From assembly GCA_964601205.1 (NCBI GenBank), contig CAZRML010000020.1:2291-66290 (forward strand): 64,000 bases of DNA, read 5' to 3'. This document shows, piece by piece, positions 1 through 10,121 of this stretch. Both the position numbers and the translations under genes were made by a program. Under the pieces are notes generated by a model, which saw nothing but the letters and a program-made list of their open reading frames with translations, ran no database searches and had not been told where the DNA came from. The stretch's first letter is position 1; every line of letters starts with the position of its first letter. The stretch is from an uncultured Actinomycetota bacterium. GTDB lineage: Bacteria; Actinomycetota; Humimicrobiia; Humimicrobiales; Humimicrobiaceae.

Positions 1-1
1 A

Positions 2-355
2 AAGATGGGAAAAGATAAAAAAGAAATAAAGGTGGTAAATGACCAGGTTATTACCCCGACCAGCACGGTTGATGTTTCTAAAAAGCTTCTGGAGCTAATA
101 GGGACCGGAAAATATGGCATTTATCACATGACCAACTCCGGCAGTTGTTCCTGGTATGAATTTGCCTGTGAAATATCCCGCCTGGCAGGACTGGATACAA
201 AAATAATTCCCATAAGTTCAGAGCAGTTCGGAGCAAAGGCAAAAAGGCCGTCTTATTCGGTTCTGGATAACTATAATTTGAGAAAAATCGGCCTTGCCGA
301 TTTAAGAGAATGGAAAGAAGCTTTAAGAAAATATATTGAAACCAGAAAAGAATGA
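2..355 (+). CDS. rfbD: dTDP-4-dehydrorhamnose reductase, C-terminal part (5' end outside window)
   Basis: Motifs VVNDQ..TPT, GIYH.T.SG.CSWYEFA and A.RP.YSVLD are typical of the RmlD C-terminus; the frame is open to the window edge. Confidence 0.9.
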   Translation, partial: KMGKDKKEIKVVNDQVITPTSTVDVSKKLLELIGTGKYGIYHMTNSGSCSWYEFACEISRLAGLDTKIIPISSEQFGAKAKRPSYSVLDNYNLRKIGLADLREWKEALRKYIETRKE

Positions 356-402
356 CCCCTGGTTCTAGAGTTTTATATTTAATTTTTTAAATTAAAATTT
401 TT

Positions 403-2268
403 CTAAGAGAAAAACTTCTTATACCACAGGCTTAAATTAATAAGAGCCCACAGGATATGGTTATGGTTATGCTTTAACTGAAGGTGCTCGTTTATAAGAG
501 TTGTTAGATAGGAGCCGTTAATATTCTCTTTAATAACAGGTGAATTTTCTAACAGGTCTATCATGTAATCTTTTAGCTCTTCTCTCAGCCAGTTTTTAAT
601 TGGAATACTGTAACCCTGTTTGCCCCTGTAAATAATATTTTCCGGGAGGAATTCGTGTTTTTTAAGGGTTTTTCTGAGTATATATTTTGTGGTTAGTTTT
701 TTAAGCTTTAAGTTTGCAGGGATTGAAGCACAGAGCTCCGCAATTTCATGGTCAAGAAAGGGCACCCTTACTTCAAGTGAAGTGGCCATGCTCATCTTAT
801 CAACTTTCATTAAAACGCTGTCGGCCATGGTGAGTTTTATGTCAACAAAAATATCTTTATCTATTTGAAGGTCTGAATTGCAGGTTCTGGAAAAATAATA
901 TATGGGTTCAAAAGGGGTAAAAGATATATCATCCCTGATAGTTTTATTAAAGATATTCTGTTCTATTATCGGGTTAAGGAAATACTGCCATCGCATTGCC
1001 CCTGCTTCCTCCGGATAAAGCGTGCCTTCTATGAAGCGCTTTAGCATATTAATTGCGCCCTTTTTTTGTGGCCGGTCGGGCAGTTTCATGATAAGCGGTG
1101 ATATCATTTTTCTTCGTACAAAGGATGGGAGAATATTGTAATAGTGGTTTAAACTGGCTGCTTTGAGCCTGTCATAGCCCAGGAACATCTCATCTCCTCC
1201 TTCGCCGCTCAGGCAAACGGTTACCTTCTCTCTGGCTTTACGGCTGATAAGGTAGAAGGGGATAGTGGACAGGTCGGTCATTGGCTCGTCCAGGTGGTAG
1301 AGACTTTTCTCTATATCTTCAGGAGAAATGGGGTCAATCATGAGTACATTATTTTCGGTACCAAAAAAATCAGAAACTATCTTAGCGTAGGGAAGTTCGG
1401 AGAATGTACTGTCTCTATATCCTATTGAGAAAGTCTGGAATTTTTTGGGATATAGCCTTGATACAAACCCTACAATTGTACTGGAGTCAAGCCCCCCTGA
1501 AAGAAAAACTCCCAGAGGAACATCACTGATAAGCCGCCTTTTAATGGATTTTTCAAGTGCCGCAAAAACTCTATCTGCTGCCTCGTCTTCATCAGAGATT
1601 TCCGGCTTGAATTTCAGGTCCCAGTATTTTTCTATTCTTAGATTGCCATTTTTGAAGATTGCATAGTGCCCCTGGCGTAATTTGTGGATATTCTTAAACA
1701 TGGTATCGGGAGACGGGACAAATTCATAACCCAGATAGTAATACATTGACTGCAGGTTAATTTCTTTTTTAATACAATCCGCTTCAAGGATACTTTTTAT
1801 TTCCGAACCAAAGATTAGCTTCCCGTCCTTTAAGTAATAATAAAGAGGTTTAATTCCAATTCTGTCCCTGGCAAGAAACAGCTCTTTTTTTTCTTCATCC
1901 CAGATGGCAATTGCAAACATTCCATTAAATTTATTCAGGCACCGGGGCCCGTATTCTTCAAAACTTTTTAGCACTACCTCGGTATCGGTATGGCTTTTAA
2001 ACTTATGCCCCCTGGCAATAAGTTCCTCTTTTATTTCCCTGAAGTTGTATACTTCACCGTTGTAAACAATCCATAATTTTCCGTCACGGCCCGACATCGG
2101 CTGGTTACCCAGGGTAGACAGGTCAAGAATGCTAAGGCGGGAGTTTCCGAGAGAAAATGAGGGGAAAGTTTTTATTCCACTGGTATCCGGTCCCCTGTGA
2201 TGGATTTTTTGGGTCATCTTTCTAATAAGTTTTTCATCATTCCAGTTAAAACCACAAATTCCGCACAT
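403..2268 (-). CDS. asnB: asparagine synthase (glutamine-hydrolyzing) family amidotransferase, probably glycan amidation
   Basis: N-terminal MCGICG (Ntn Cys), HRGPD, NGEVYN, RDR.GIKPLYY, LSGGLDSS, SGEGGDE, R.PFLD. Confidence 0.92.
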   Translation of the reverse strand: MCGICGFNWNDEKLIRKMTQKIHHRGPDTSGIKTFPSFSLGNSRLSILDLSTLGNQPMSGRDGKLWIVYNGEVYNFREIKEELIARGHKFKSHTDTEVVLKSFEEYGPRCLNKFNGMFAIAIWDEEKKELFLARDRIGIKPLYYYLKDGKLIFGSEIKSILEADCIKKEINLQSMYYYLGYEFVPSPDTMFKNIHKLRQGHYAIFKNGNLRIEKYWDLKFKPEISDEDEAADRVFAALEKSIKRRLISDVPLGVFLSGGLDSSTIVGFVSRLYPKKFQTFSIGYRDSTFSELPYAKIVSDFFGTENNVLMIDPISPEDIEKSLYHLDEPMTDLSTIPFYLISRKAREKVTVCLSGEGGDEMFLGYDRLKAASLNHYYNILPSFVRRKMISPLIMKLPDRPQKKGAINMLKRFIEGTLYPEEAGAMRWQYFLNPIIEQNIFNKTIRDDISFTPFEPIYYFSRTCNSDLQIDKDIFVDIKLTMADSVLMKVDKMSMATSLEVRVPFLDHEIAELCASIPANLKLKKLTTKYILRKTLKKHEFLPENIIYRGKQGYSIPIKNWLREELKDYMIDLLENSPVIKENINGSYLTTLINEHLQLKHNHNHILWALINLSLWYKKFFS

Positions 2269-2388
2269 CATATCAATCCCTCGATATTTTTTTATAAATA
2301 TTTTTTAATTTAATAAATAAAGCCGAAAAACACAGGAGTTTTATAGCTCTGGTCATTTATTATCCAGCTTCATCAATATTAGGTTATT

Positions 2389-3372
2389 TTACAGATAATT
2401 ATTATCTTTATACCACTTTGCTGTTCTTTTCAGGCCTTCTTCAATTCCTACCAGGGGATTATAATTTAATTCTCTTCTGGCCTTATCAATCTTAAAAGCC
2501 CTGTTCTGTCTGTACCAGTCCACGCGCCTCCTGAACAGGGGAGGAGATATTTTAAGGGGCATGCATATAAATTCGCACACGCAGGCTGCTACATATAATG
2601 GCCAGAAAGGCAGCTGTATGAATTTAACTTTTACTCCCATTGATTGGCCTATTTTTTTTACCAGTTCTTTAATGGTAAAGTATTCTTCATCTGCGATTAG
2701 ATAAACTTCGGCGCTGATTTTATCGCTTTCAAAAGCATTATAGAACCCGTCGTTAAGATTATCTATGTATACGGGATGGTAGAAAGCTTTACCGTTGCCA
2801 AACATGTAGAATTTACCCTTTTTTGCAAAACGGAACAGATAAAAGAACCTCTCGGGGTCACCGGGGCCATAAATAGCAGTGGGCCTTATAATAACGCTCT
2901 TAAGTCCTTTACCGGCAAATTCTTTTATGACTTTTTCCGCTTCATATTTGGTAAACTGGTAATAATCAACCGGTTCTATTGGAGAATCTTCATCGCCTGG
3001 AGGATTTTTGACATCCCCGTGGACGCCCTGAGTTGAACAGTAGACAAATTTCTTTAGGGGTTTTTTGATTGCTTCTTCGCATATTATGCGCGTTCCCTCA
3101 ACATTAACATCCCGGTAAGTTTTTTTTGTCGCATTTATCTGTCTGAAAGAAGCAGCCAGGTGAAAAACACCTTCTACCCCGTCTAAGGATTTTTTCACAG
3201 TTTCCCTGTCAGTCACCGAGCCCAGAATAATATTAGCCCCTTTTTCTAAAAGGTATTCATATAAAATACCTTTCTGATTGTCAAGAACTGTAACCTCCTG
3301 ACCTTTATTTAGAAGGTACTCTGCCAGACGACTGCCGGTAAAACCGGTTCCACCGGTCACTAATAATTTCAA
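2389..3372 (-). CDS. NAD-dependent epimerase/dehydratase family protein
   Basis: TGGTGFTG Rossmann motif and YQFTK (YxxxK); TTG start with SD GAAGGGAG. Confidence 0.85.
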   Translation of the reverse strand: MKLLVTGGTGFTGSRLAEYLLNKGQEVTVLDNQKGILYEYLLEKGANIILGSVTDRETVKKSLDGVEGVFHLAASFRQINATKKTYRDVNVEGTRIICEEAIKKPLKKFVYCSTQGVHGDVKNPPGDEDSPIEPVDYYQFTKYEAEKVIKEFAGKGLKSVIIRPTAIYGPGDPERFFYLFRFAKKGKFYMFGNGKAFYHPVYIDNLNDGFYNAFESDKISAEVYLIADEEYFTIKELVKKIGQSMGVKVKFIQLPFWPLYVAACVCEFICMPLKISPPLFRRRVDWYRQNRAFKIDKARRELNYNPLVGIEEGLKRTAKWYKDNNYL

Positions 3373-3624
3373 TTTTTTCTCCCTTCATTAAAGGTTAAAA
3401 ATAATAAAATAATAAAAAAATTTTAGAGAAAATTATTTTGATATTTTATACCATTTGGGGTTAATAGAAAAGGTTTTGCTTTATAATTATACCGTGTGAA
3501 TATTTTTTAAAGACTTTTATGCCGGTTTTTTATACTGTTAAAATTATTTTTTTGACTTTTAGCCGGCATTTAATTGAGAGCGGGCAGAAAATACTTTTTT
3601 ATAATTAATAAAAGAAATTTTTTT

Positions 3625-3633
3625 GTTATAATT
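3625..3633 (+). promoter_or_regulatory. extended -10 promoter element (TGnTATAAT)
   Basis: TGTTATAAT about 55 nt upstream of the epimerase operon, in a divergent intergenic region. Confidence 0.45.
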
Positions 3634-3689
3634 AATTAGAAATTTTTTTAGTTAGTTTCAGTTCAATAGAATAAAAAGGGTTGCAGGTA

Positions 3690-4658
3690 ATGAATATCGC
3701 AGTAACGGGGGGTGCAGGGTTTATTGGCTCTCATCTCTGTGAAAAATTAATAAAGCTGGGGTTCAGAGTAATTTGCATTGATAATTTTGATAATTTTTAT
3801 GAGCCCGGGATTAAAGAAGACAATATCTCAAAAATTACCGGAAATAAAAATTTTAAACTTTATCGCCTGGATATATGTGATTTTAACAGTCTGGAAAAAG
3901 TATTCCTGGAAAATGAAATAGAGATAGTGGTTCACCTGGCAGCAAGAGCGGGGGTAAGGCCATCAATAAAAAATCCCTTTCTATATGAGAAAATAAATGT
4001 TCTGGGGACCGTGAATCTACTTGAATGCTGCAGGAAATATGATATCAAAAAGTTTATTTTTGCTTCTTCATCTTCGGTTTACGGGGGTAACAGGAAAATA
4101 CCTTTTTCAGAGAATGATAATGTTGACCTTCCCGTATCTCCCTATGCCGCTACCAAGAGGGCAGGGGAGCTAATCTCATATACCTATCATAGCCTGTATG
4201 ATATATCAGTTTTTTGTTTAAGGTTTTTTACCGTTTATGGGCCGCGTCAGAGACCGGAGATGGCAATACATAAATTCACCAGGCAGATATTAAACGGGGA
4301 AAGTGTAAAAATTTATGGTGACGGTTCTTCCTCCCGGGATTACACTTATATAGATGATATAATTTCCGGTATGATTAAAAGCCTGGATAAGTTAAAGGGT
4401 TTTGAGATTATAAATTTAGGGAATTCAAAAACGGTCAAATTGATGAATCTGATAAAATTAATTGAAGCCGCTACCGGGAAGAAAGCAGATCTGAAATTTT
4501 TAAGCAGCCAGCCGGGCGATGTTTTTATGACCTATGCAGATATAAGTAAAGCAAGAAAAATGTTAAAATATTCTCCTGAAACAGATATTTCACGGGGTCT
4601 GGATAAATTTGTAGAATGGTATAAAGAAAAAAGTAAAAAAGGGGTTTTAGATGGGTAA
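3690..4658 (+). CDS. UDP-glucuronate 4-epimerase-like NAD-dependent epimerase
   Basis: TGGAGFIG, HLAARAGVR.S, SSSSVYG, SPYAATK, RFFTVYGP.QRP.MA, QPGDV..TYAD; the ORF track starts at TTG 3681 but ATG 3690 is preferred. Confidence 0.85.
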   Translation: MNIAVTGGAGFIGSHLCEKLIKLGFRVICIDNFDNFYEPGIKEDNISKITGNKNFKLYRLDICDFNSLEKVFLENEIEIVVHLAARAGVRPSIKNPFLYEKINVLGTVNLLECCRKYDIKKFIFASSSSVYGGNRKIPFSENDNVDLPVSPYAATKRAGELISYTYHSLYDISVFCLRFFTVYGPRQRPEMAIHKFTRQILNGESVKIYGDGSSSRDYTYIDDIISGMIKSLDKLKGFEIINLGNSKTVKLMNLIKLIEAATGKKADLKFLSSQPGDVFMTYADISKARKMLKYSPETDISRGLDKFVEWYKEKSKKGVLDG

Positions 4659-5622
4659 TGTTAAAAAGAAGGCTAATGATATTTATTTATCTATTGTAGT
4701 TCCCATTTATAATGAGAAAGAAAGTGTTCTCAAGCTCTGTAGAGAACTTGAGAACACCCTTAATGGTATGTCTGAGAAATATGAAGTGCTGCTTATAGAT
4801 GACGGGAGCACGGACGGGACTTTTGAGGAATTAAAGAAAATACACGAAAAAAATAAGCTATTTAAAATAATAAGCTTTAGAAAAAATTTTGGGCAGACAT
4901 CTGCCATAAGCGCTGGTTTTGATTTTGCAGAGGGTGAGGTAATAATAACCCTGGATGCAGACCTGCAGAATGACACCCGCGATATCCCGCTGCTACTGGA
5001 TAAGATACATGAAGGCTATGATATAGTAAGTGGCTGGCGCGTTAATAGAAAGGATAAGGCTGTTACCAGGAAGTTTCCTTCAATGGTTGCAAATAAAATA
5101 ATATCAAAGCTTACCGGCGTTTATCTTCATGATTACGGCTGTACATTAAAAGCCTACAGAAAGTTAGTTATAAAAAACATTGATTTGTACGGCGAGATGC
5201 ACCGTTATATACCGGCCGTAGCAAGCTGGATGGGAGTAAGAGTAGCCGAGGTACCGGTAAGGCACCACAGCAGGAAATACGGCAAATCAAAGTACGGGGT
5301 TTCCAGAACAATAAAAGTGATTCTTGATATAATAACCTTAAAATTTCTTTTGAGTTATTCGCAGAGGCCGATTCAGGTATTTGGTGTACTGGGCTTATTT
5401 TCATCTACTGCAGGTCTTATTATAACAGCTTATCTTATTATAATGAGGGTATTTTTCAGCCAGCCACTCGGGGACAGGCCATTATTTATCCTGTCAATAT
5501 TTATGATTTTTATAGGGGTGCAGCTTATCACCATGGGACTCCTCGCAGAAGTACTTATGCGTGTACATCATGAAGTTAGAAATAGGACTACCTATGTTAT
5601 AAAAGAGATGGTTCTTAAATAA
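4651..5622 (+). CDS. GT2 polyprenol-phosphate glycosyltransferase (ArnC/GtrB-like)
   Basis: VVPIYNE, DDGSTD, NFGQTSA, DADLQ, DYGC.LKAY and two C-terminal TM helices. Confidence 0.88.
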   Translation: MGNVKKKANDIYLSIVVPIYNEKESVLKLCRELENTLNGMSEKYEVLLIDDGSTDGTFEELKKIHEKNKLFKIISFRKNFGQTSAISAGFDFAEGEVIITLDADLQNDTRDIPLLLDKIHEGYDIVSGWRVNRKDKAVTRKFPSMVANKIISKLTGVYLHDYGCTLKAYRKLVIKNIDLYGEMHRYIPAVASWMGVRVAEVPVRHHSRKYGKSKYGVSRTIKVILDIITLKFLLSYSQRPIQVFGVLGLFSSTAGLIITAYLIIMRVFFSQPLGDRPLFILSIFMIFIGVQLITMGLLAEVLMRVHHEVRNRTTYVIKEMVLK

Positions 5623-5635
5623 ATTTTAATTTATA

Positions 5636-6637
5636 ATGAATAAATTAATCCACCTTTTTAAACTGTTTAAAGTCTATATAAACTATTGCTTAAAAAAAAC
5701 ATACTGCAATTATTATCCTGTAAGAATCTGGATCGAGTTATCAAGCAGATGTAATCTTAAATGCCGTTTTTGTGTAAATAAGGACCTTCCATCGTCTGAA
5801 AAAGGGGACATGGATTTTAACCTTTATAAAAAAATAATTGATGAGATTGCCGGCAATGTTTATGATGTTAATCTGTTTCACAGGGGCGAGCCACTTCTTA
5901 ATAAAAATTTAGTACCCGCGATTGCTTACGCGGATAAAAAAGGAGTCAGGACCAGAATTCATACCAATGCTACTCTATTAAATAAGGAGCTTGACAGGAA
6001 AATAATACTGGCCGGCCTGGATTTGATTTCTTTTTCATTTGATGGATATACCAGGGAAGTTTATGAAAAAAACAGGTCCGGGGCAAAATTTGAAAAGACC
6101 CTTTCCAATATAGTTGATTTTTTGAAAGTGAAGGCGCAGTTAAAATCAAAAAAACCATATACCATTATCCAGGTTATGCAGGATGATGAAGCTTTATCAC
6201 TTGATGAGGCATCAGGACAGAAAAGAGATTTTTTAAAATTCTTTGAAAATCTCCCTCTGGATAGATTGGTAACAAGGACTCCCCATAACTGGGGTGGACT
6301 GCTTAAAATAAATGAGGAACCCCGGGGTAAATTTCGTGGCCGCAGGACAGCAGCATGCACTTTTCCCTGGTATTCACTGACTGTATTCTATGATGGCAGG
6401 GTCTTCTTATGTCCACAGGATTTTAAAGGTAAAATCTGCCTGGGTAATGCCTGCAGTGAACGGATAGAGGAAATTTTTAATGGTGAGATTATAAAAAATA
6501 TAAGGGAAAGATTCAGATCAGGGGAAATTGATGATCTTATTCCGTGCAATGATTGTGATAGAATCAGGAGGAAAACATTTCTCGGGGTACCTCTGGAGTA
6601 TCTGGGGGCATTTATAAGGGAACATCTGGGCGGTTAG
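5636..6637 (+). CDS. radical SAM protein with C-terminal twitch/SPASM-type domain
   Basis: CNLKCRFC (CxxxCxxC), GEPLL, C-terminal C..PW....V..DG.V..C..D.....LGN...CxxC. Confidence 0.9.
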   Translation: MNKLIHLFKLFKVYINYCLKKTYCNYYPVRIWIELSSRCNLKCRFCVNKDLPSSEKGDMDFNLYKKIIDEIAGNVYDVNLFHRGEPLLNKNLVPAIAYADKKGVRTRIHTNATLLNKELDRKIILAGLDLISFSFDGYTREVYEKNRSGAKFEKTLSNIVDFLKVKAQLKSKKPYTIIQVMQDDEALSLDEASGQKRDFLKFFENLPLDRLVTRTPHNWGGLLKINEEPRGKFRGRRTAACTFPWYSLTVFYDGRVFLCPQDFKGKICLGNACSERIEEIFNGEIIKNIRERFRSGEIDDLIPCNDCDRIRRKTFLGVPLEYLGAFIREHLGG

Positions 6638-6879
6638 GTAAACAATATCAATGTTAAATTAAGTAAAAATAATTAATTGCAGGGCAAATAAAATATTTTT
6701 GCTATAATAAATAAATTAAAGCTTCAGGCATCTTGAATTGAAGCATTTAAGGACTTTAGAAATATACACTGAAAAAAGTTTATATTGGAAAAAGGTATTT
6801 TTATTTTTAAAAAATCGGGATATTATGCCCGGTACTTTCAGGGTGTTTGACTTAAAGTCAAATTCAGGCATAAAGGGGG

Positions 6880-7623
6880 TTGATTGCAATAGAAAGATAT
6901 GAGGACAAAATACAAAAAGAACTTTTTTCTAAGAAAAAGTCAAAAATTGCCAAGTATGTAGACCTGTTTGTGGGAAAGAAAGGCTTTTTTAACTTACTAA
7001 AATACGAAATAATAACCATTCTTTTCCAGGATATGCCCGGAGCCATCGGTATCTTTTTTAGGAACTTATTTTATCCATTCCTGTTTAAAAAGGTGGGAAG
7101 GGGAGTAAGTTTTGGAAAATCAATAACTGTAAGGCATCCCCATAAAATAACTATTGATGATAATGTTGTGATAGACGACTACTGTGTTCTGGATGCCAAG
7201 GGGCTGGATAATAATGGTATTAATCTGGGCAAAAATATATTTATCGGCAGAAATAGTATACTGAGCTGTAAAAATGGAGATATAAACATCGGGGATAATG
7301 TGGTTATAGGGTTTAATAGTGAAATATTTTCAGGAAGCAGGGTAACCATAGAGGAAAATACCTTAATTGCAGCCTATGTTTATCTTACCGGGGGAGGGCA
7401 TGACTATTCCAGGGTGGATATCCCGGTATCGGAGCAGAAAAAAACATTTTATGGTATAAAAGTAGATAAGAATTGCTGGATAGGAGCAGGGGCTATAGTT
7501 TTTGATGGGGTTACTATAGGCAATGATACTATAATCGGAGCAGGAGCTGTAGTCTCAAAAGATATCCCGCCGTACTGTATTGCCTCGGGGGTGCCAGCGA
7601 AGGTTACAAAATCCAGGAAATAA
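6880..7623 (+). CDS. hexapeptide-repeat (left-handed beta-helix) acyltransferase
   Basis: Hexapeptide repeats, WIGAGA.V.DGV.IG...IIGAGAVV.KDIP.....GVPA; start codon uncertain. Confidence 0.85.
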   Translation: MIAIERYEDKIQKELFSKKKSKIAKYVDLFVGKKGFFNLLKYEIITILFQDMPGAIGIFFRNLFYPFLFKKVGRGVSFGKSITVRHPHKITIDDNVVIDDYCVLDAKGLDNNGINLGKNIFIGRNSILSCKNGDINIGDNVVIGFNSEIFSGSRVTIEENTLIAAYVYLTGGGHDYSRVDIPVSEQKKTFYGIKVDKNCWIGAGAIVFDGVTIGNDTIIGAGAVVSKDIPPYCIASGVPAKVTKSRK

Positions 7624-7646
7624 TTAAATTTTACCTGCATAATAAA

Positions 7647-8672
7647 ATGAAGAACAAGTTTATTTCTTTCTATAAGAAGAATAGAAAATCAATACTTCTG
7701 ACATTAAGAATTGTAATCAGTGTTTTACTGATTTTTTATCTGGTTAAGACGCAGTTTAAAAATTTTTCCAGTATAGTTGAGATTTTAAAATCATCCAGTA
7801 AAATTTTGCTTCTTCTTTCGTTATCCACCCATATTTTTGGCACATGGATAACAGCATTAAGGTGGAAAGCACTTTTAGATACCCAGAATGTGAAACTAAG
7901 CACAGCCAGTTTAAGCGTTACGGTGCTTATAGGCTTATTTTTTAATAATTTTTTGCCCACCAGCATAGGGGGTGATGTATTCAGAACCATTGATGCTTCA
8001 AAGAAGGCAAAAATTCCCTTAAGCTCATCGGCTTCTGTAATTCTGGTAGAAAGATTTTCCGGTGTGGTAAGCGCTTCTGTTTATGCTGTGGCAGCCTTAT
8101 TTTTAGGATTTACCGCTATTGGGAATCAGCCTGTGATAATTCCTGTAGTTATCTTTTTTGTAATTGTTGTAATTATAGCTTTAATAATTATTAAACCGTC
8201 AATTTTTGGCATAGGCAAATTCTTAAAGAGGTTCAGGTTTATAAATAAAATAAAGGAAAAGTTATCCAGCGCTTATAACACGCTTATGAGTTTCAAAAAC
8301 CATAAAATAGTGCTTTTAAAAGTTTTAACCTATAGCTTCCTCCTCCAGTTTGCTGTTATTTTGAACTGGTATCTGGCTGCCCGGGCTCTTGGAATTGAGC
8401 TAAGCCTTGCTGCATTTATTTTTATTGTTCCGGTGGTGTCAACTATAGCTATGATCCCCATCTCTGTCGGCGGTATAGGCCTGAGGGAAAATTCACTGGT
8501 TTTTATTATGGTTGCTATGGGTGTGGCAAATGATAAAGCTGCCCTTTGCTCTCTATTAATATTATTTATGCTAATTCTGATCGGACTGGTGGGTGGGATT
8601 GTGTATATAGTAAGGCCTTATTTTGAAAGAAAATTTAAGGAAGAAGACGACGGGGACAGCTTAGAAATTTAG
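7647..8672 (+). CDS. YbhN / lysylphosphatidylglycerol-synthase TM region flippase-like membrane protein
   Basis: Multi-TM protein; RW..LL, G.FFNNFLP.SIGGD..R, PIS.GGIGLRE motifs. Confidence 0.8.
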   Translation: MKNKFISFYKKNRKSILLTLRIVISVLLIFYLVKTQFKNFSSIVEILKSSSKILLLLSLSTHIFGTWITALRWKALLDTQNVKLSTASLSVTVLIGLFFNNFLPTSIGGDVFRTIDASKKAKIPLSSSASVILVERFSGVVSASVYAVAALFLGFTAIGNQPVIIPVVIFFVIVVIIALIIIKPSIFGIGKFLKRFRFINKIKEKLSSAYNTLMSFKNHKIVLLKVLTYSFLLQFAVILNWYLAARALGIELSLAAFIFIVPVVSTIAMIPISVGGIGLRENSLVFIMVAMGVANDKAALCSLLILFMLILIGLVGGIVYIVRPYFERKFKEEDDGDSLEI

Positions 8673-8819
8673 GATATTCAAAATTTTATGGAAAAAATCT
8701 TTTAAGTGATAATTATAAAAGCTGACGTTTGTTATCTCAAAAAAAATAATCAGTGAGAAGATAAAAACCAGTGCAAAGAATAAATAAAATAAAATTTTTA
8801 TTATTAAAACGCTTTTCAT
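8661..8819 (-). CDS. possible small single-TM protein (52 aa) or gene remnant
   Basis: Hand-translated ORF MKSVLIIKILFYLFFALVFIFSLIIFFEITNVSFYNYHLKDFFHKILNILNF; no clear SD. Confidence 0.25.
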   Translation of the reverse strand: MKSVLIIKILFYLFFALVFIFSLIIFFEITNVSFYNYHLKDFFHKILNILNF

Positions 8820-8929
8820 TTTACAGGTTAGCTCTGTTTCATTAGTATTCTTTAATATTATACTACTTTTACCACTATAATTTATCTTTCTTAAATTATC
8901 AAAAAAATGTTCCAGAGCCGGCTATCAGG

Positions 8930-9886
8930 TTATTTTTTTTGAGAATTTTTCTTTAAAAGGTATAGAATTTCTTCCTGGTTAACTCTGATTCTTTTAATTA
9001 TATCTGCCGATATGCCCACAATAAAAAAAGTTACCGAAATGAACAGGAAAGTTCCCCCTACAAATCCCGACCAGACATTCGGGTGAAATGAGCCAATTGA
9101 TATATAAGTGTACAGCAAAATAAAACCGAAGAAGATGCTTACTATAAAAAAGAACAGGGCAATATATGAAAAAAAGGTAAATGGCCTGTGGTCCCTGTAG
9201 GTTTCAATAATTATTTTGAGTGAATTTATACCGTATGTGAAAAGGTTGGAAGAGATTTTTGAGACACGTGAAGGAAAATATTTTACCTTCACGGGGACCT
9301 CCATAATTTTGATTCCTTTAAAAGATAGGTCAATAAATGTTTCCTGGGAAAAAGTAAATTTTCCATGCAGGTTCAGTGAAAGAAGGGTTTTTTGCGAGTA
9401 TGCCCTGAAGCCGCATGATACATCATAAAATTTTTTTCCGATTAGTTTGCTGATTAAAATAGACATCATTTTATTTCCCCAGAATTTAGACAGGGGCATA
9501 ACGGGATAGTATTTTTTGTTAATAAAACGGGAGGCGGTCACCATATCAGCTTCGTTTTTAATAATAGGGTCAATGAGCAGGGGTATGTCTTCTGGATTGA
9601 ATTGTGCATCGCCGTCAATACTGACCATTAAATCAAAGTTCTTTTCCACAGCGTACTGAAGGGCTCTGCCGAATGCCACTCCATATCCCATATTATAGTG
9701 GTTCTTTATTACTTCGGCACCCGAGGCGGCAGCAATTTTCGTTGTTTCGTCTGTGGAACCGTCATCAATAACAAGGACATGGATTTTTGATATCCCCTTA
9801 ATTTTTCTGGGAATGTTCAGTATTACTTCGCCTATTTTTTCTTCCTCGTTATATGCAGGAATCGCAACCAGGAGTTTTTTTGCCAT
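8930..9886 (-). CDS. GT2 polyprenol-phosphate glycosyltransferase (DPM1-like) with C-terminal TM helices
   Basis: IPAYNEE, DDGSTD, IDGDAQF, D.SCGFRAY and two C-terminal TMs. Confidence 0.85.
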   Translation of the reverse strand: MAKKLLVAIPAYNEEEKIGEVILNIPRKIKGISKIHVLVIDDGSTDETTKIAAASGAEVIKNHYNMGYGVAFGRALQYAVEKNFDLMVSIDGDAQFNPEDIPLLIDPIIKNEADMVTASRFINKKYYPVMPLSKFWGNKMMSILISKLIGKKFYDVSCGFRAYSQKTLLSLNLHGKFTFSQETFIDLSFKGIKIMEVPVKVKYFPSRVSKISSNLFTYGINSLKIIIETYRDHRPFTFFSYIALFFFIVSIFFGFILLYTYISIGSFHPNVWSGFVGGTFLFISVTFFIVGISADIIKRIRVNQEEILYLLKKNSQKK

Positions 9887-9923
9887 GTTTCCTTTTTTAA
9901 AATTACCGGATATTTTGACAGAC

Positions 9924-9967
9924 TTTAACTTAACTAAAATAATTTTTTAACTTAACTAAAATAATTT
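9924..9967. repeat. perfect 22-bp tandem duplication
   Basis: TTTAACTTAACTAAAATAATTT at 9924-9945 and 9946-9967. Confidence 0.9.
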
Positions 9968-10121
9968 TATTACTATAACATAAAAAATAGTAGGCTTTAA
10001 GATGTTTTTATATTTTTCCTTTAATTTGAAAAAAATTATAAAAACTTATAATTTAATTAGTTTTAGTATAAAATGTGTTTCAAAATATTAGTTTGGCCAG
10101 GATCGCAGGGAAAAATCAAAA

